DNA of 64,000 bases from Fimbriimonadia bacterium (GTDB lineage Bacteria; Armatimonadota; Fimbriimonadia; Fimbriimonadales; JABRVX01), in the NCBI GenBank assembly GCA_041483895.1, contig JBGPGO010000001.1:224001-288000 (forward strand), written 5' to 3'. The position numbers were made by a program, and so were the translations under genes. The first letter of the stretch is position 1. Every line of letters starts with the position of its first letter. The notes under the pieces were generated by a model that saw nothing but the letters and a program-made list of their open reading frames with translations, had not been told where the DNA came from and made no database searches. Positions 42,457 to 52,674 of the stretch are shown piece by piece.

Positions 42457-42507
42457 TCAAGTATAGCAGTTCCCACCCCGCCCCGCGATTGAATTATTGC
42501 CAGGAAT

Positions 42508-43644
42508 CTAAGAAGTCTTGTTAAGTTCGCCCGATGGGACCGCCTCGTCGCGCTCCAATGCCTTCCCGCTCCGATATTCCTGAAACAGCCGCCCCCAGTC
42601 GGTCTTCATAAACCGCCGAATCCGCGACGCGCCGATGGTCGGATACCACAGCCAGTCGTGATAGGCGTTGCTTGCAAACGGCGCCCACTTCCAGAGCGGC
42701 GAATGCAGCAGCACCTTCTCGAACGGCCGCAGCGGTCCTTTGCGAATCAACTGATCGCCCCAGATCACAAAGCTCCGCTTGGCCTCAAATCCAAAATCAA
42801 TCCCCTCAATCGATTCCCCGACGATCTCCACCTGCCGCACATCCCCCATCCCATAGCCCTTCTCCGTGCACATTCGAATGTAAGGGATGGACATCGGATC
42901 GAAGCCCATCATCTTGGCCGCCACCGCGTCTATGGCCACCTGATCGGAGCTAGCGAGCAGGAAGTTCTTGATGTGCGGCACCATGGTCCGAGGCCCCGCC
43001 CCGTCCCCGCAGACTGTCCCGTCCATCACGGCGAACATCCCCGGATGAAGCTCGCGCTGCATGGTCATCAGGTCCACCAGCACTTCATGAATGTACTTGT
43101 GTGCGTAGTGCCGGACCTCTTGCAGCAGCCCGCCGAAGGAGTTCTTGATCGCGCCCGTGGTGGTGCTGTGGCCGTGGGTTTTGACGGTCGGAAGGTGCAG
43201 GACCTGCTTGCCGGTGAACATCCGCGGGATCATGATGCCTTCGGGAAAGATGTCGTTCAGCTTCATCAGCGGCTCTTTGAACGAATGCACCGTCCATTCC
43301 ACGTCCATCAGCGCAGTGAACGGGATGCCGTAGTGCTTCAATACCGGACCCCAGGCGTTGCCCTCCAGCCCTTTATGCGGGTCGGTGACCACGGTCTTGT
43401 TTTCGACCGGGAAGATGCGGGTTGGGGCAAATCCGTCCTTGAGCATGGTCCGCAAAACGCCGTCAAGCTGCCACGGCTGGCTCGAGCAGGCCGGGAAGTA
43501 CTTCGTCCAAGAGAGGTTGATTTTGATCAGCGTATCGCGGTCTTTGGACAGGGCGTGTTCGTAGTCGGCGAAGCGCATGGCTCGCTCGATATCGTTCAGC
43601 ACAGTCTCCGGAGCGGTCTTCACAACCGCGACTTTGGAACTCAC
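42508..43644 (-). CDS. DUF362 domain protein
   Basis: LIKINLSW, LPTVKTHGH..TGAIKNSFGGL, DGTVCGDGAGP, DQVAIDAVAAKMMGFDP. Confidence 0.85.
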   Translation of the reverse strand: MSSKVAVVKTAPETVLNDIERAMRFADYEHALSKDRDTLIKINLSWTKYFPACSSQPWQLDGVLRTMLKDGFAPTRIFPVENKTVVTDPHKGLEGNAWGPVLKHYGIPFTALMDVEWTVHSFKEPLMKLNDIFPEGIMIPRMFTGKQVLHLPTVKTHGHSTTTGAIKNSFGGLLQEVRHYAHKYIHEVLVDLMTMQRELHPGMFAVMDGTVCGDGAGPRTMVPHIKNFLLASSDQVAIDAVAAKMMGFDPMSIPYIRMCTEKGYGMGDVRQVEIVGESIEGIDFGFEAKRSFVIWGDQLIRKGPLRPFEKVLLHSPLWKWAPFASNAYHDWLWYPTIGASRIRRFMKTDWGRLFQEYRSGKALERDEAVPSGELNKTS

Positions 43645-43646
43645 GG

Positions 43647-45473
43647 CTACTCTACGGTGACGCTTTTGGCCAAGTTTCGCGGCTGGTCAATGTCGCAGCC
43701 TCTTTCGCGGGCCACATAGTAGGCGAGAAGCTGCATCGGGAGAACGGCAAGCGGGGCGGCGAACAGGTCGTGGCCGCACCGCGGGATTTCGATCACATAG
43801 TCGGCGATTTCCGGGATCACCGGCTCCCCTTCTTGGATGATGGCGAGCGCGATGGCCCCCCGCGCCTTGATCTCCTTGATGTTGCTGGCGATCTTGTCCC
43901 GTGTGGCCGATTGGGTGGCGACGAAGACGGCGAGGCAGCCCGGTTCGACGAGAGCCAGCGGCCCGTGCTTCATCTCGCCTGCAGGGCCCTCCTGAGTTGG
44001 GATATACGCGATCTCTTTCAATTTGAGCGCCCCTTCCATAGCGACGGCGGCGTCCACCCCGCGCCCGAGGAAGAAGCAGACCGGCATGTCCTTCACATCC
44101 TTGGCCAACGCCTTGATCTGCGGCTCGACCTTCAGGATTTCGCGAAGGCGGTCCGGCTGTTTCGCGAGCTCGCTCACCATGAACGGCACAACGCTGGGGT
44201 CCACGCCGCGGAGCCGGTCTAGATGCAGGGCGATCATCATGAGCGAGCAGACCTGGGCGGAATAGGCCTTGGTGCTGGCGACGCAGATCTCCGGCCCCGC
44301 CTGGGTGTAGAGCACGTGATCGCATTCGCGGGACAAGGTGCTTCCGACCACATTGACGATGCCGAGCGTCAACGCGCCGCGCTCCTTCAGCAGTCGCAAG
44401 GCCGCCAGTGTGTCCGCCGTCTCTCCCGATTGGCTGATTAGGATGCCAAGGTCGTTTGGACCCATCAGCGGGTCGGAATAGCGGAACTCCGAGGAGTATT
44501 CGACGCGGACCGGCAGGCGAAGATAGCCCTCGACCATCCGCGCCCCGATGAGGCCCGCATGGAACGCCGTGCCGCATGCGACAATCACAAATCGTTCAAA
44601 TCCCATCCACTGCTCGTCGGTGATGCCGATGCCGAGCTCGATGCGGCCATCGACAACCCGGCCTCGCAGCGTACTGGCAAGGGTTTCGGGCTGCTCGTGC
44701 ATCTCTTTGAGCATGAAATGTTCGTATCCGCCCTTTTCCGCTGCCTCCAGGTCCCAGTCCACAACTTGGATCGGCCGCTCGACCCGGTTCCCACCTTCGT
44801 CGAAAATGGTCACCATTTCACGGCGGATTTCCGCGATGTCCCCGTTGTCGAGGATAATCACTTTGCGTGTGTATGGCAGGATGGCGGAGATGTCCGAGGC
44901 GAGGAAGTTCTCGTGCTCTCCCAGACCCACCACCAGCGGCGAATCCTGCCTGATCGCCACAATAACGTCCGGCTCCGTGGACGACACGACGGCCACGCCG
45001 ACCGCTCCATGCAGCCGCTTTTCCGCTCTTTGGACCGCGGCGAGCAGCCCGTCGCCCAACTTCAGCTCCTCCTCGATCAGGTGCGCAATCACCTCGGTAT
45101 CTGTCTCGGACTCGAACTTGTGACCCTTCCCTATCAACTCATGGCGGATTTCAAGATAGTTCTCGATGATGCCGTTGTGGACGAGTGCGATATTGTAAGT
45201 TCCGTCCGTGTGCGGATGGGCGTTGATATCGTTCGGAGCGCCGTGCGTGGCCCATCGGGTATGGGCGATGCAGGTGGTCGCGTGTGGCTTATCCCGGTCC
45301 AAGATGCGGACAAGGTTGGCAATCTTGCCCGCCTTTTTGACCACGGTGATGCCGTTGCCGTTCGCGTAGGCTACGCCCGCCGAGTCGTAGCCTCTATATT
45401 CCAGCCTGCGGAGGGACTCGACCGCGATATCCACCGCCTCGCGCGGCCCGACATAACCCGTGATTCCACACAT
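43647..45473 (-). CDS. glmS: Glutamine-fructose-6-phosphate transaminase
   Basis: MCGI, RGYDSAG, HTRWATHG, SQSGET, PRNLAKSVTVE. Confidence 0.98.
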   Translation of the reverse strand: MCGITGYVGPREAVDIAVESLRRLEYRGYDSAGVAYANGNGITVVKKAGKIANLVRILDRDKPHATTCIAHTRWATHGAPNDINAHPHTDGTYNIALVHNGIIENYLEIRHELIGKGHKFESETDTEVIAHLIEEELKLGDGLLAAVQRAEKRLHGAVGVAVVSSTEPDVIVAIRQDSPLVVGLGEHENFLASDISAILPYTRKVIILDNGDIAEIRREMVTIFDEGGNRVERPIQVVDWDLEAAEKGGYEHFMLKEMHEQPETLASTLRGRVVDGRIELGIGITDEQWMGFERFVIVACGTAFHAGLIGARMVEGYLRLPVRVEYSSEFRYSDPLMGPNDLGILISQSGETADTLAALRLLKERGALTLGIVNVVGSTLSRECDHVLYTQAGPEICVASTKAYSAQVCSLMMIALHLDRLRGVDPSVVPFMVSELAKQPDRLREILKVEPQIKALAKDVKDMPVCFFLGRGVDAAVAMEGALKLKEIAYIPTQEGPAGEMKHGPLALVEPGCLAVFVATQSATRDKIASNIKEIKARGAIALAIIQEGEPVIPEIADYVIEIPRCGHDLFAAPLAVLPMQLLAYYVARERGCDIDQPRNLAKSVTVE

Positions 45474-45512
45474 ACGTGAACTCCTTAGTCCTTCGCTTGG
45501 TGCACGACTTGA

Positions 45513-45941
45513 TTAGCGCACTCGGTCATAACGCATTTCCATCCCGTTTGGAGATATCAAGGACAATTTATCACCAGAAATGACAAAGCGACTTTGCCCC
45601 GACAACACATTCCCAAAGTCCTTGATTGACCCATTATGCCAACGAATTGATACATTGCCGCTTTCCGATCTGGAACTACTTTTCCACTGACCGACAAGGT
45701 ATAACTTTTCCTCGTCCCAAGGAAACATGACTACCTTGCCGCCTAAGCTAAACGTTATCTCATTGAAGAATATCTTTCCCGCGAAATTACCCTTCGGCAC
45801 TTCTCTGGTCCATATTCCAACCAACGGGTCCGGCATCTTGTTATACGCCGGCGGCTGCCGAGCTACAGCGTAACCAGCCAACGTGGCGGCGGCACATGAC
45901 AATAGCCAAACGCCGCAAATTGCAATCCATCTTCTCGCCAT
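45513..45941 (-). CDS. Hypothetical exported protein (AT-richer than flanks)
   Basis: N-terminal hydrophobic segment, DPLVGIW motif; AGGGGG SD. Confidence 0.6.
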   Translation of the reverse strand: MARRWIAICGVWLLSCAAATLAGYAVARQPPAYNKMPDPLVGIWTREVPKGNFAGKIFFNEITFSLGGKVVMFPWDEEKLYLVGQWKSSSRSESGNVSIRWHNGSIKDFGNVLSGQSRFVISGDKLSLISPNGMEMRYDRVR

Positions 45942-45953
45942 GTTCCCCCTCGC

Positions 45954-46035
45954 GATGCGACCGGTCTCCGGACCGAATCGCCATTCACTTTCGGAGCGAC
46001 GTCCGATGCGACTCGGTCAGGAGACCGGTCGCATC
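45954..46035. repeat. REP-like element family B (inverted pair)
   Basis: gatgcgaccggtctccggaccgaatcgc...gcgactcggtcaggagaccggtcgcatc; same unit recurs at 58031-58188. Confidence 0.85.
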
Positions 46036-46045
46036 AAGTTGCAAC

Positions 46046-46714
46046 TCACTGGCTAGGCTTGTAGACATCCTCCGAAACGACCTCGCGCCGAATCGGCAGC
46101 CCGTCCCTAAAGATCGTACGTATCGTCCGGGTCGCAATACGGCCATCTCGCAGCCGATTCTCCTCCACATCGATCTGAGTCTCGGTCAAAAGCGGCTTGG
46201 CCCCGTATACGCTGCACTCCAGCCGCCGCCCCTTGACCTCCAATACTACTCGAATTGGGAAGGGATTGGGATTTGTGAACTTGAGGTCGGAATATTCCGA
46301 GATGGTGGCGTCCCGGCCCGGTTGAAGGTAGCGGACGGTCAGGCTGTGCTGGTGGCGTTCGATGATCCGTAGATTTGCGAGGAGCGCGGCATTGTAGATC
46401 GTGCTGCTCAGCTGGCACAGCCCGCCCGCCAGCGCGTCCATCTTCCCAAAGCCCGTGTAGGTCGGCGCGTCAGTATAGCCCTGTCCTTCCACGCGCGGAC
46501 CCACCAGCCGGTTGAAAGAGAAAACGGCCCCCGGCGGCATGTAGACGTTCTTCAGTTTCGCGCCAGCCAGCCGGATGTTGCCGTTCCGCTGCCATTCATC
46601 CCGCGCCAGCTCCGTGGTGAAGCTGGACAGGAGGTTGGGCGTAGGTTGGACCGGCTTGGCGGCGTACCAACCCTGCACGGACAGCGAAACGGCAACGATC
46701 CAAGTGGCGGTCAT
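46046..46714 (-). CDS. VanW family protein
   Basis: RNGNIRLA, FSFNRLVGPR, GGLCQLSSTIYNAAL, ERHQHS, GRDATI, DLKFTN. Confidence 0.92.
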   Translation of the reverse strand: MTATWIVAVSLSVQGWYAAKPVQPTPNLLSSFTTELARDEWQRNGNIRLAGAKLKNVYMPPGAVFSFNRLVGPRVEGQGYTDAPTYTGFGKMDALAGGLCQLSSTIYNAALLANLRIIERHQHSLTVRYLQPGRDATISEYSDLKFTNPNPFPIRVVLEVKGRRLECSVYGAKPLLTETQIDVEENRLRDGRIATRTIRTIFRDGLPIRREVVSEDVYKPSQ

Positions 46715-49700
46715 TTTGGCCTCACTTTGATCGCCGACGAGGTGCCGGTTCCGGTGATGCTCGGCAGGTACATCTGGGTCGCGACGGGTGGGGCGGACCG
46801 GAAGTCGCCGGGTGTCACCGCGCGCAGAACGTAGTAGAAGACCGAGCGGCCATCCCCTAAGTCTTCAAGCAGCATCACCGTTCGGTTTTCGTGCTGCTCG
46901 CGCTGCGCATACCCATAGTAGTTGAACCGGCCCTCTTCCTGGTCGCCGCGGCCAATCAGCCAATCAGCATAGAGATATTGGCTGTTCTCCTCGTCGATGG
47001 GCTCCAATCCCGCCGGCATGGGGTCTTCCAGCAGAACATGCCGCATCGGCGCGTCCGACTGGACGATCAATTTCACCACGACCTCGTCGCCTGGCGAAAA
47101 GGCGTTGCCGGCCGACAGAAGCTTATACGCGTCCTCGGACCATGTGTAGTTGTTTTCCGTGTGGGTTGTTATGGACTTGCCGAGCTTGTAGTAGTAACGC
47201 GTTATGCCGATGCCGGACGCGGTGGCCGTCTTCTGCTCCCACGGCACGCTGTACTTCTCCGTCACCGAATAACGGACTTCGCCCTGCCCATCGAGCCGGA
47301 TCTCCCAAGCAGCGCGGTTCTGAGTCAGCTTGTCCGCGCCGACCGTCACCACAATCTCTTGCGGCTGGCTGCTCGCGGCCAGGTCTGTCTCCTTGGCCAC
47401 CGCGCCGTTTACCAGCACGGAGACTTTGCCGTGGAAGTCCCGCTGCGGGTTGGCGGCCAGGTATTCGGCAAATGCCGTCGCGATCTTCGCGGTGTCGTTG
47501 GTGGATACCCAATACCCGCCCAAGCGGTTTGCCGTGAGCCAGTTGATCACCTTAGCTACAACCGGATTTTTGGGGTCCATCCTTAGAATGGCCCGGAGCA
47601 CCTCTGCCGTCGCATAAGTATCCTGCTCGCCGAAGTAGTACCAATAGCCGTACTCGCTGCCGCGATCCGACTTCCAGTAAGCGAAGTTGCCCTGGCCGGA
47701 TCGGTATGCCATCAGTCTGTTCATGATCGAGCGAGCCTCGGCGTGCTTGCCGACCTCATCCAATCCCATCGCCAGCATCGCGATGCCGGCATTGCCCAGG
47801 TCGTCGGACTTCGTCACCATGCGATCGAAGGCCGCGGACCAGCTGTCTGGGCTTTCCTTGGCGGCGACCACCAGTCCCTGCAGCTTGGCGTGCAGGTTGT
47901 AGCGATATTGCCACACCGCCGCCTCGTATTCATCCTTCGTCTGGTTGGTCTTGTGCACCGGTTTGGTGTCGTCCGCAGCCATCACCATCGCGGATAGCTG
48001 CCGCCCGCCACGCTGCATCACATTGTCGTCGATCGCGTACCCCGCGGCTTTGGCCTGTTGTAGGGCGTCCATGACGTATGAGGTCCAGTAGAGGTCCCCT
48101 TCCGAGTGGTCGCCCCATCCCCAACCGCCGTCGTAGTTCTGGTGGTTGTAGATGCGCTGGATGCCCACTTTGATCATGTCATCCAGTCGGGCCGTCAGCT
48201 TCTGGTCCGGGGAGTTGGATGCATTGACAACGCGCAGGAGCGCGAGGTCGGCGAGTGTCGGGCTTGTCGTCTGCTCGATGCAGCCGTACGGATAGGTTGC
48301 AAGCTGGTCTACCGATCCCAGGATCATCCCGGTCAGCGAGGGGGACAGGCGGAAGGTCAGGCTTTCGCTGCCACTGTTTCTGCCAGTCGGGAAGGCTGCG
48401 GTCCCTTCCACGCTCTGCGATGCCGTTCCGGCGTCCGTTTTCGTGCGCCAGGTGGCGTATTGCTGAATGTCGAGCTGCTTTAGGACGGCGTCGCTATCCG
48501 TCGAGCCCTTCGCGATCATCAGCAGCGAGGCCGTGCCTTCCTGGGCAGCGGCGGCCTCGATATCGTAGCGCCATTCGCCCTTCGCGGGGATGGAGATCTG
48601 GGTTGCCGGCTTGGAGGTCAGCTCAATGCCGCCCTCTGTCTGGACCTCCAGGGAAACGCTCTGCACATGGTCGCTGGTGTTACGGACCACCGCGATGATG
48701 CGGAACGTGTCGCCCTTTGTCACAAATCGCGGGAGGTTGAGCGAGGCGATGAGCGGCTTGCTGACCCGCAGGTCCGCGTTGGTTGCTTGGCCTACTGATG
48801 TGTTCGATCCGACGGCCCGCACCGTGGCGCGCCACTGGGTCAGATTGTCGGGCAACTTGAAGGATGAACTTCCCCGCCCTGTCTCGTCGGTCTGCAGCGA
48901 TGGCGCCCAGAAGGCGGTGTCACGGAAATCTCGCCGGAGCTTGATGCCTGCGGCCTCTGCCTTGTTCGCCAAGGTGTCCATATCCCGCATCTCCTTGCGC
49001 TGGACCCGGGCGGCGGCCGATTGGATCTGCCGGTCGAGGTCCTCCGTGTGGGTGGTCGAAACCTGATTCCGCTTCGGGCCATAGAAGAAGCCGCGAATGT
49101 CCTCCGTGGTATCGGAACGGATCGCGTAGATCGATTCATCGACGACTTGTAACGAATAGTCCGCGGGAACGGGCCGATCGTTGCTGTCTTTGGTCACGAC
49201 CCTGTAGGTGGTGTCCTCGCCGGGAAGATGCTGTTGAGAATCCGGGACCACCTCAACCTTGAGAATGCGGGTCGGGTCCTCGACGTTGATGGACACCTGG
49301 CCTTCCCGCAGTTGGCCATTGACGCAGATGCCGCCCCATACCGTGAAGGAGGGGAGCAATCCGTCCGTGACGTTGATCTCCAGCGCGGCCGAGCCGTTCT
49401 GGACGGGCAAGATGCCGTAATTATGAATGTCCAGTCCCTCGACGGAATACCACAGGCTGCCTTGCTTCACGGGTGGCTGGAACAGAATCGTTACGTGTCC
49501 GCCGAGGTTCGTTCGCTTCACCGACGCGACGACGTTGAGCGTTTCGTTCGAGCCCCAACCGTAATAGTCTTGCGACTGGCCGTAGACATAGACGAATTCC
49601 GTAAAGCGGCTGATTCGTCCCTGCGCATCGCGGGTGGTGCTGATCAGCTTGTAGTTTCCGGGCGCATCGGGCGTGAAGCTGCGATGGAGGGTCCCATCTG

Positions 49701-51282
49701 CGCCGGTCTGCAGGGTTGTGTCTTCTTTCGGATCGCTGTGCTCGACCCACCGATTCCCTTCCTTTTCCCACCGGCTCCGGATGATCTGGAGGCCGAAGGA
49801 TTGGTTCGACGCCGTTTGCCGCAGGAGCGCGTTGATACTCGAAGCCTTGATGTCCACAGGCTCGGCGATCTTGCCGACCCAGGTATCCGTCTCCAGGTGC
49901 GTAAAGACCTCGCCGGGGAGGATCGTCGCCGTTCCATTGACATCTCCCTCTCGGCCGGCAATGTCCAGCATCTCGGCGCTGACGCTTAGTTCTAGCGGCT
50001 GATCGAACTTCCTGTTTGAAAACGTGGTCGGCAGCTTGATGAGCAACACGCCGTTGGCGTCCGTAGTCCCCTTCCCCTCGATGCGGGTTTCGCCCCAGCC
50101 ATAGCTGCTTCCATAATTTCGCTCTTCCGTTTGGGTTTCCCAGGACGGTCCCTCGTCCTCCTCGGGCAGGAATTCGTACCACGAGTTGCCGGATTCGCGG
50201 ACGTAGGCGCTCCATGAGACGCGGCTGTTGGCAAGCGGCGCGCCGAAGTAGTACTTGGCGGTGACGCGGGCTGTCAGCGAATCGCCGGTCACGACCGGGT
50301 CTTTATCGAAGTCCAGCGTGATCTTGTATTCGGGCTTCTTGTACTCGGCGACGGACAGGTCGGCCGTCCCTTTCAGCTCCTCGCCAACTTTCGCGATCAA
50401 CTGGTAGCCGGCGGGCGGAGTGCCCTTTGGGATCATCAGCTCACCCGAAAACGAGCCGTGTCCGTCCGATTGCGCGGTCGCGGTCAGGAGAGAACGTTCC
50501 TCTTGATAGGATCGCGACAGCTCCATCTCGACCTGGCCCCCTCCGACCTCGACGTAGCCGCCATTCTGGAACGTCCGGACGATGCCCTTGAAAAACACCG
50601 TGTCGCCTGGCCGATACACCGGTCTATCCGTGTAAAGATAGATCCGATCCTCGCCCTCATTCTCGTTGCGATACCCATAGGGCGTGAGCGCCGCGAAGTG
50701 CTCGCCATAACGCGCCGTTATTGGAAGATTTGATGCGTTGCCTGGCCCTTCCCAGATACCATTTGCGCCAGTGCGGCCCTCGATCGGCGGACCGGTCTCA
50801 GGGACCATTCGAACGATGGCGCCCGCGACCGGCTTGCTGGCGGCCCGATTGAGGACCCAGACGACTATCTTGTTCGAGCTCTTCTTGAGCACCATCGAAA
50901 GGTCCGAAACGATGAAGCGCATGATGCGGGTCTGGCCGTTCATGCTGGCCCGGACCACATAGATTCCCGGCTTGCCGGTCGGCACGGTCACGGCATCGTA
51001 GGTGTAGCGATTCTTGCCGCTGGGCTTCAGTCTGGGTGTGACAACCGTGTCCGGCTTCCTGTTGTCTATGTTGCCGGAGGTTTCTATACCCGCCTTTGCG
51101 GAGGTCTGGAACACCTCCAGGCGCAGGGGACCGGGCTTCCCGCGGTAGCCGATGTTGATATATGCTCGTTCTGAAGTAGTGAAAACGCTTTTCTGGGGAT
51201 TGATGTCCCAGTAGGTGGATTGCGCTGAGGCGATCGCCGCGGCGCCGGCGATCAGCAACGTGGCCAATATTCGATTGTTCAT
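46711..51282 (-). CDS. Bacterial alpha-2-macroglobulin
   Basis: YTDRPVYRPG, EYKKPEY, RRDFRDTAFW, LPDNLTQW, thioester YPYGCIEQ, QNYDGGWGW, YYVLRAVTPG. Confidence 0.95.
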   Translation of the reverse strand: MNNRILATLLIAGAAAIASAQSTYWDINPQKSVFTTSERAYINIGYRGKPGPLRLEVFQTSAKAGIETSGNIDNRKPDTVVTPRLKPSGKNRYTYDAVTVPTGKPGIYVVRASMNGQTRIMRFIVSDLSMVLKKSSNKIVVWVLNRAASKPVAGAIVRMVPETGPPIEGRTGANGIWEGPGNASNLPITARYGEHFAALTPYGYRNENEGEDRIYLYTDRPVYRPGDTVFFKGIVRTFQNGGYVEVGGGQVEMELSRSYQEERSLLTATAQSDGHGSFSGELMIPKGTPPAGYQLIAKVGEELKGTADLSVAEYKKPEYKITLDFDKDPVVTGDSLTARVTAKYYFGAPLANSRVSWSAYVRESGNSWYEFLPEEDEGPSWETQTEERNYGSSYGWGETRIEGKGTTDANGVLLIKLPTTFSNRKFDQPLELSVSAEMLDIAGREGDVNGTATILPGEVFTHLETDTWVGKIAEPVDIKASSINALLRQTASNQSFGLQIIRSRWEKEGNRWVEHSDPKEDTTLQTGADGTLHRSFTPDAPGNYKLISTTRDAQGRISRFTEFVYVYGQSQDYYGWGSNETLNVVASVKRTNLGGHVTILFQPPVKQGSLWYSVEGLDIHNYGILPVQNGSAALEINVTDGLLPSFTVWGGICVNGQLREGQVSINVEDPTRILKVEVVPDSQQHLPGEDTTYRVVTKDSNDRPVPADYSLQVVDESIYAIRSDTTEDIRGFFYGPKRNQVSTTHTEDLDRQIQSAAARVQRKEMRDMDTLANKAEAAGIKLRRDFRDTAFWAPSLQTDETGRGSSSFKLPDNLTQWRATVRAVGSNTSVGQATNADLRVSKPLIASLNLPRFVTKGDTFRIIAVVRNTSDHVQSVSLEVQTEGGIELTSKPATQISIPAKGEWRYDIEAAAAQEGTASLLMIAKGSTDSDAVLKQLDIQQYATWRTKTDAGTASQSVEGTAAFPTGRNSGSESLTFRLSPSLTGMILGSVDQLATYPYGCIEQTTSPTLADLALLRVVNASNSPDQKLTARLDDMIKVGIQRIYNHQNYDGGWGWGDHSEGDLYWTSYVMDALQQAKAAGYAIDDNVMQRGGRQLSAMVMAADDTKPVHKTNQTKDEYEAAVWQYRYNLHAKLQGLVVAAKESPDSWSAAFDRMVTKSDDLGNAGIAMLAMGLDEVGKHAEARSIMNRLMAYRSGQGNFAYWKSDRGSEYGYWYYFGEQDTYATAEVLRAILRMDPKNPVVAKVINWLTANRLGGYWVSTNDTAKIATAFAEYLAANPQRDFHGKVSVLVNGAVAKETDLAASSQPQEIVVTVGADKLTQNRAAWEIRLDGQGEVRYSVTEKYSVPWEQKTATASGIGITRYYYKLGKSITTHTENNYTWSEDAYKLLSAGNAFSPGDEVVVKLIVQSDAPMRHVLLEDPMPAGLEPIDEENSQYLYADWLIGRGDQEEGRFNYYGYAQREQHENRTVMLLEDLGDGRSVFYYVLRAVTPGDFRSAPPVATQMYLPSITGTGTSSAIKVRPK

Positions 51283-51450
51283 GGACTCCTAGGTTCTCCG
51301 CCCGTCTCACGGGCCTTGTGCCTGCCGAAATTCCCTCCTTGGAAATTCGTCACCGGAATTCGGTAGGGCTGATATCAATTATATGATATTGGGGCCATTG
51401 GGTTGCATGGTTTTGCACGGATTTTCACGATTCATGTCTCTATCAAATCC

Positions 51451-51611
51451 GCTGTCATTCCGGCGCGGAGCGAGGAATCTCTTTTTGTGCCACTGAGGCT
51501 GTCATTCCGAAGCGCAGCGAGGAATCTCTTTCAGAACCTCTCGACGTCAGCCATCGCGGTCAGATCGCAGGTCCTCCGGAAAGGGATTCCGCGCTGCGCT
51601 TCGGAATGACA
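51451..51611. repeat. REP-like element family A (two direct copies plus one inverted)
   Basis: gctgtcattccg..gcgaggaatc at 51451 and 51497; inverted gaaagggattccgcgctgcgcttcggaatgaca ending at 51611. Confidence 0.85.
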
Positions 51612-51681
51612 ACGTGGTCGGCAGGCGAACGCGGGCTCTTGGGATTGCCTGCTCGACCGATATCGTCACTCTGGCCCGCGC

Positions 51682-52674
51682 TTACTGCGTCGTGATTGTC
51701 CGGCCGGATTTCACTGCCTCGTAGGCCCCCAGGATGATCTGCAAGACCGCGATGCCGTTTTCGTGGTTGTGGCGCGGGCGCGCGCCGGTCTTCACGCAAT
51801 CCAGAAAATGCTTCGTCTGCGCCACGAAGGAGTTGCGTTTCTCCAGCGTCAGCTTCGCGGGCTCCGTAAAGCCGAGCGGTTTGAAGTATAGGTCCGAGCC
51901 GCGCCCAAAAAGCTGCCCGTTGCTCCCGATGGCGTGCACCTGCCAGTGTCCGTACGGCACCTCGTGCGCCCAGCTTGTGTCGATTGTTCCCCGCACCCCA
52001 TTCTTGAATCGGACCAGCACTTCCGCCGTGTCTTCCCCATCCAGGCCGCTGGCGCTGTGCTTGTCGGTCATCGCGGTCACCGACGCCGGTTCCCCGTTGG
52101 CCAAATACATCAGCATATAGGTGGGATGATAGCCCGTGTCGATCAGGCACCCGCCACCCATCGTCGCCATCTCCCCACGCCAGCCCCAATCGGCCTTGTT
52201 GGGCCGAATCATGCTGAAGCAGTCGGCCGTGCGAAGCGACCACACTTCCCCCACCATCCCTTGATCAAGAGCCGCCTTCGCCCGTTCGACGGCGGGATCG
52301 AAGAGCTGGTTATGGGCGCACATGATGGTGATGCCGCTGTCGGCCACTGCCCTTCGTATCTGCTCGGCCTCGTCGAAGCTGATGCAGAGCGGCTTTTCGA
52401 CCAGCACGTGCTTCTTGGCTTTGGCGCAATCTAGGATCGCGGGGCAGTGAAGATGGTGCGGGAGGCAGATGCTGACCGCGTCCACGTCGGCGGCTAGCAG
52501 GTCGTTCCAGTCCTCATACCGCTTCGCGCTTGGGAATTTGGCCGCCACCTTGTCGAGATTGGCCTCGTTGATATCGCAGAGAGCGGTGACTGCGCTTTGG
52601 TCGGCCGCTTCCAAGTACCCGGTTGCGTGGGCGTGGGAAATGCCGCCGGTGCCGATGATGCCGATTCGAATCAT
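51682..52674 (-). CDS. Gfo/Idh/MocA family oxidoreductase
   Basis: MIRIGIIGTGGI, HVLVEKP, GGGCLIDTGYH; GGAG SD. Confidence 0.92.
   Translation of the reverse strand: MIRIGIIGTGGISHAHATGYLEAADQSAVTALCDINEANLDKVAAKFPSAKRYEDWNDLLAADVDAVSICLPHHLHCPAILDCAKAKKHVLVEKPLCISFDEAEQIRRAVADSGITIMCAHNQLFDPAVERAKAALDQGMVGEVWSLRTADCFSMIRPNKADWGWRGEMATMGGGCLIDTGYHPTYMLMYLANGEPASVTAMTDKHSASGLDGEDTAEVLVRFKNGVRGTIDTSWAHEVPYGHWQVHAIGSNGQLFGRGSDLYFKPLGFTEPAKLTLEKRNSFVAQTKHFLDCVKTGARPRHNHENGIAVLQIILGAYEAVKSGRTITTQ

Noticed and set aside
45474..45512. glmS ribozyme upstream of glmS
   Set aside because: Only ~40 nt of intergenic space and no recognisable core.
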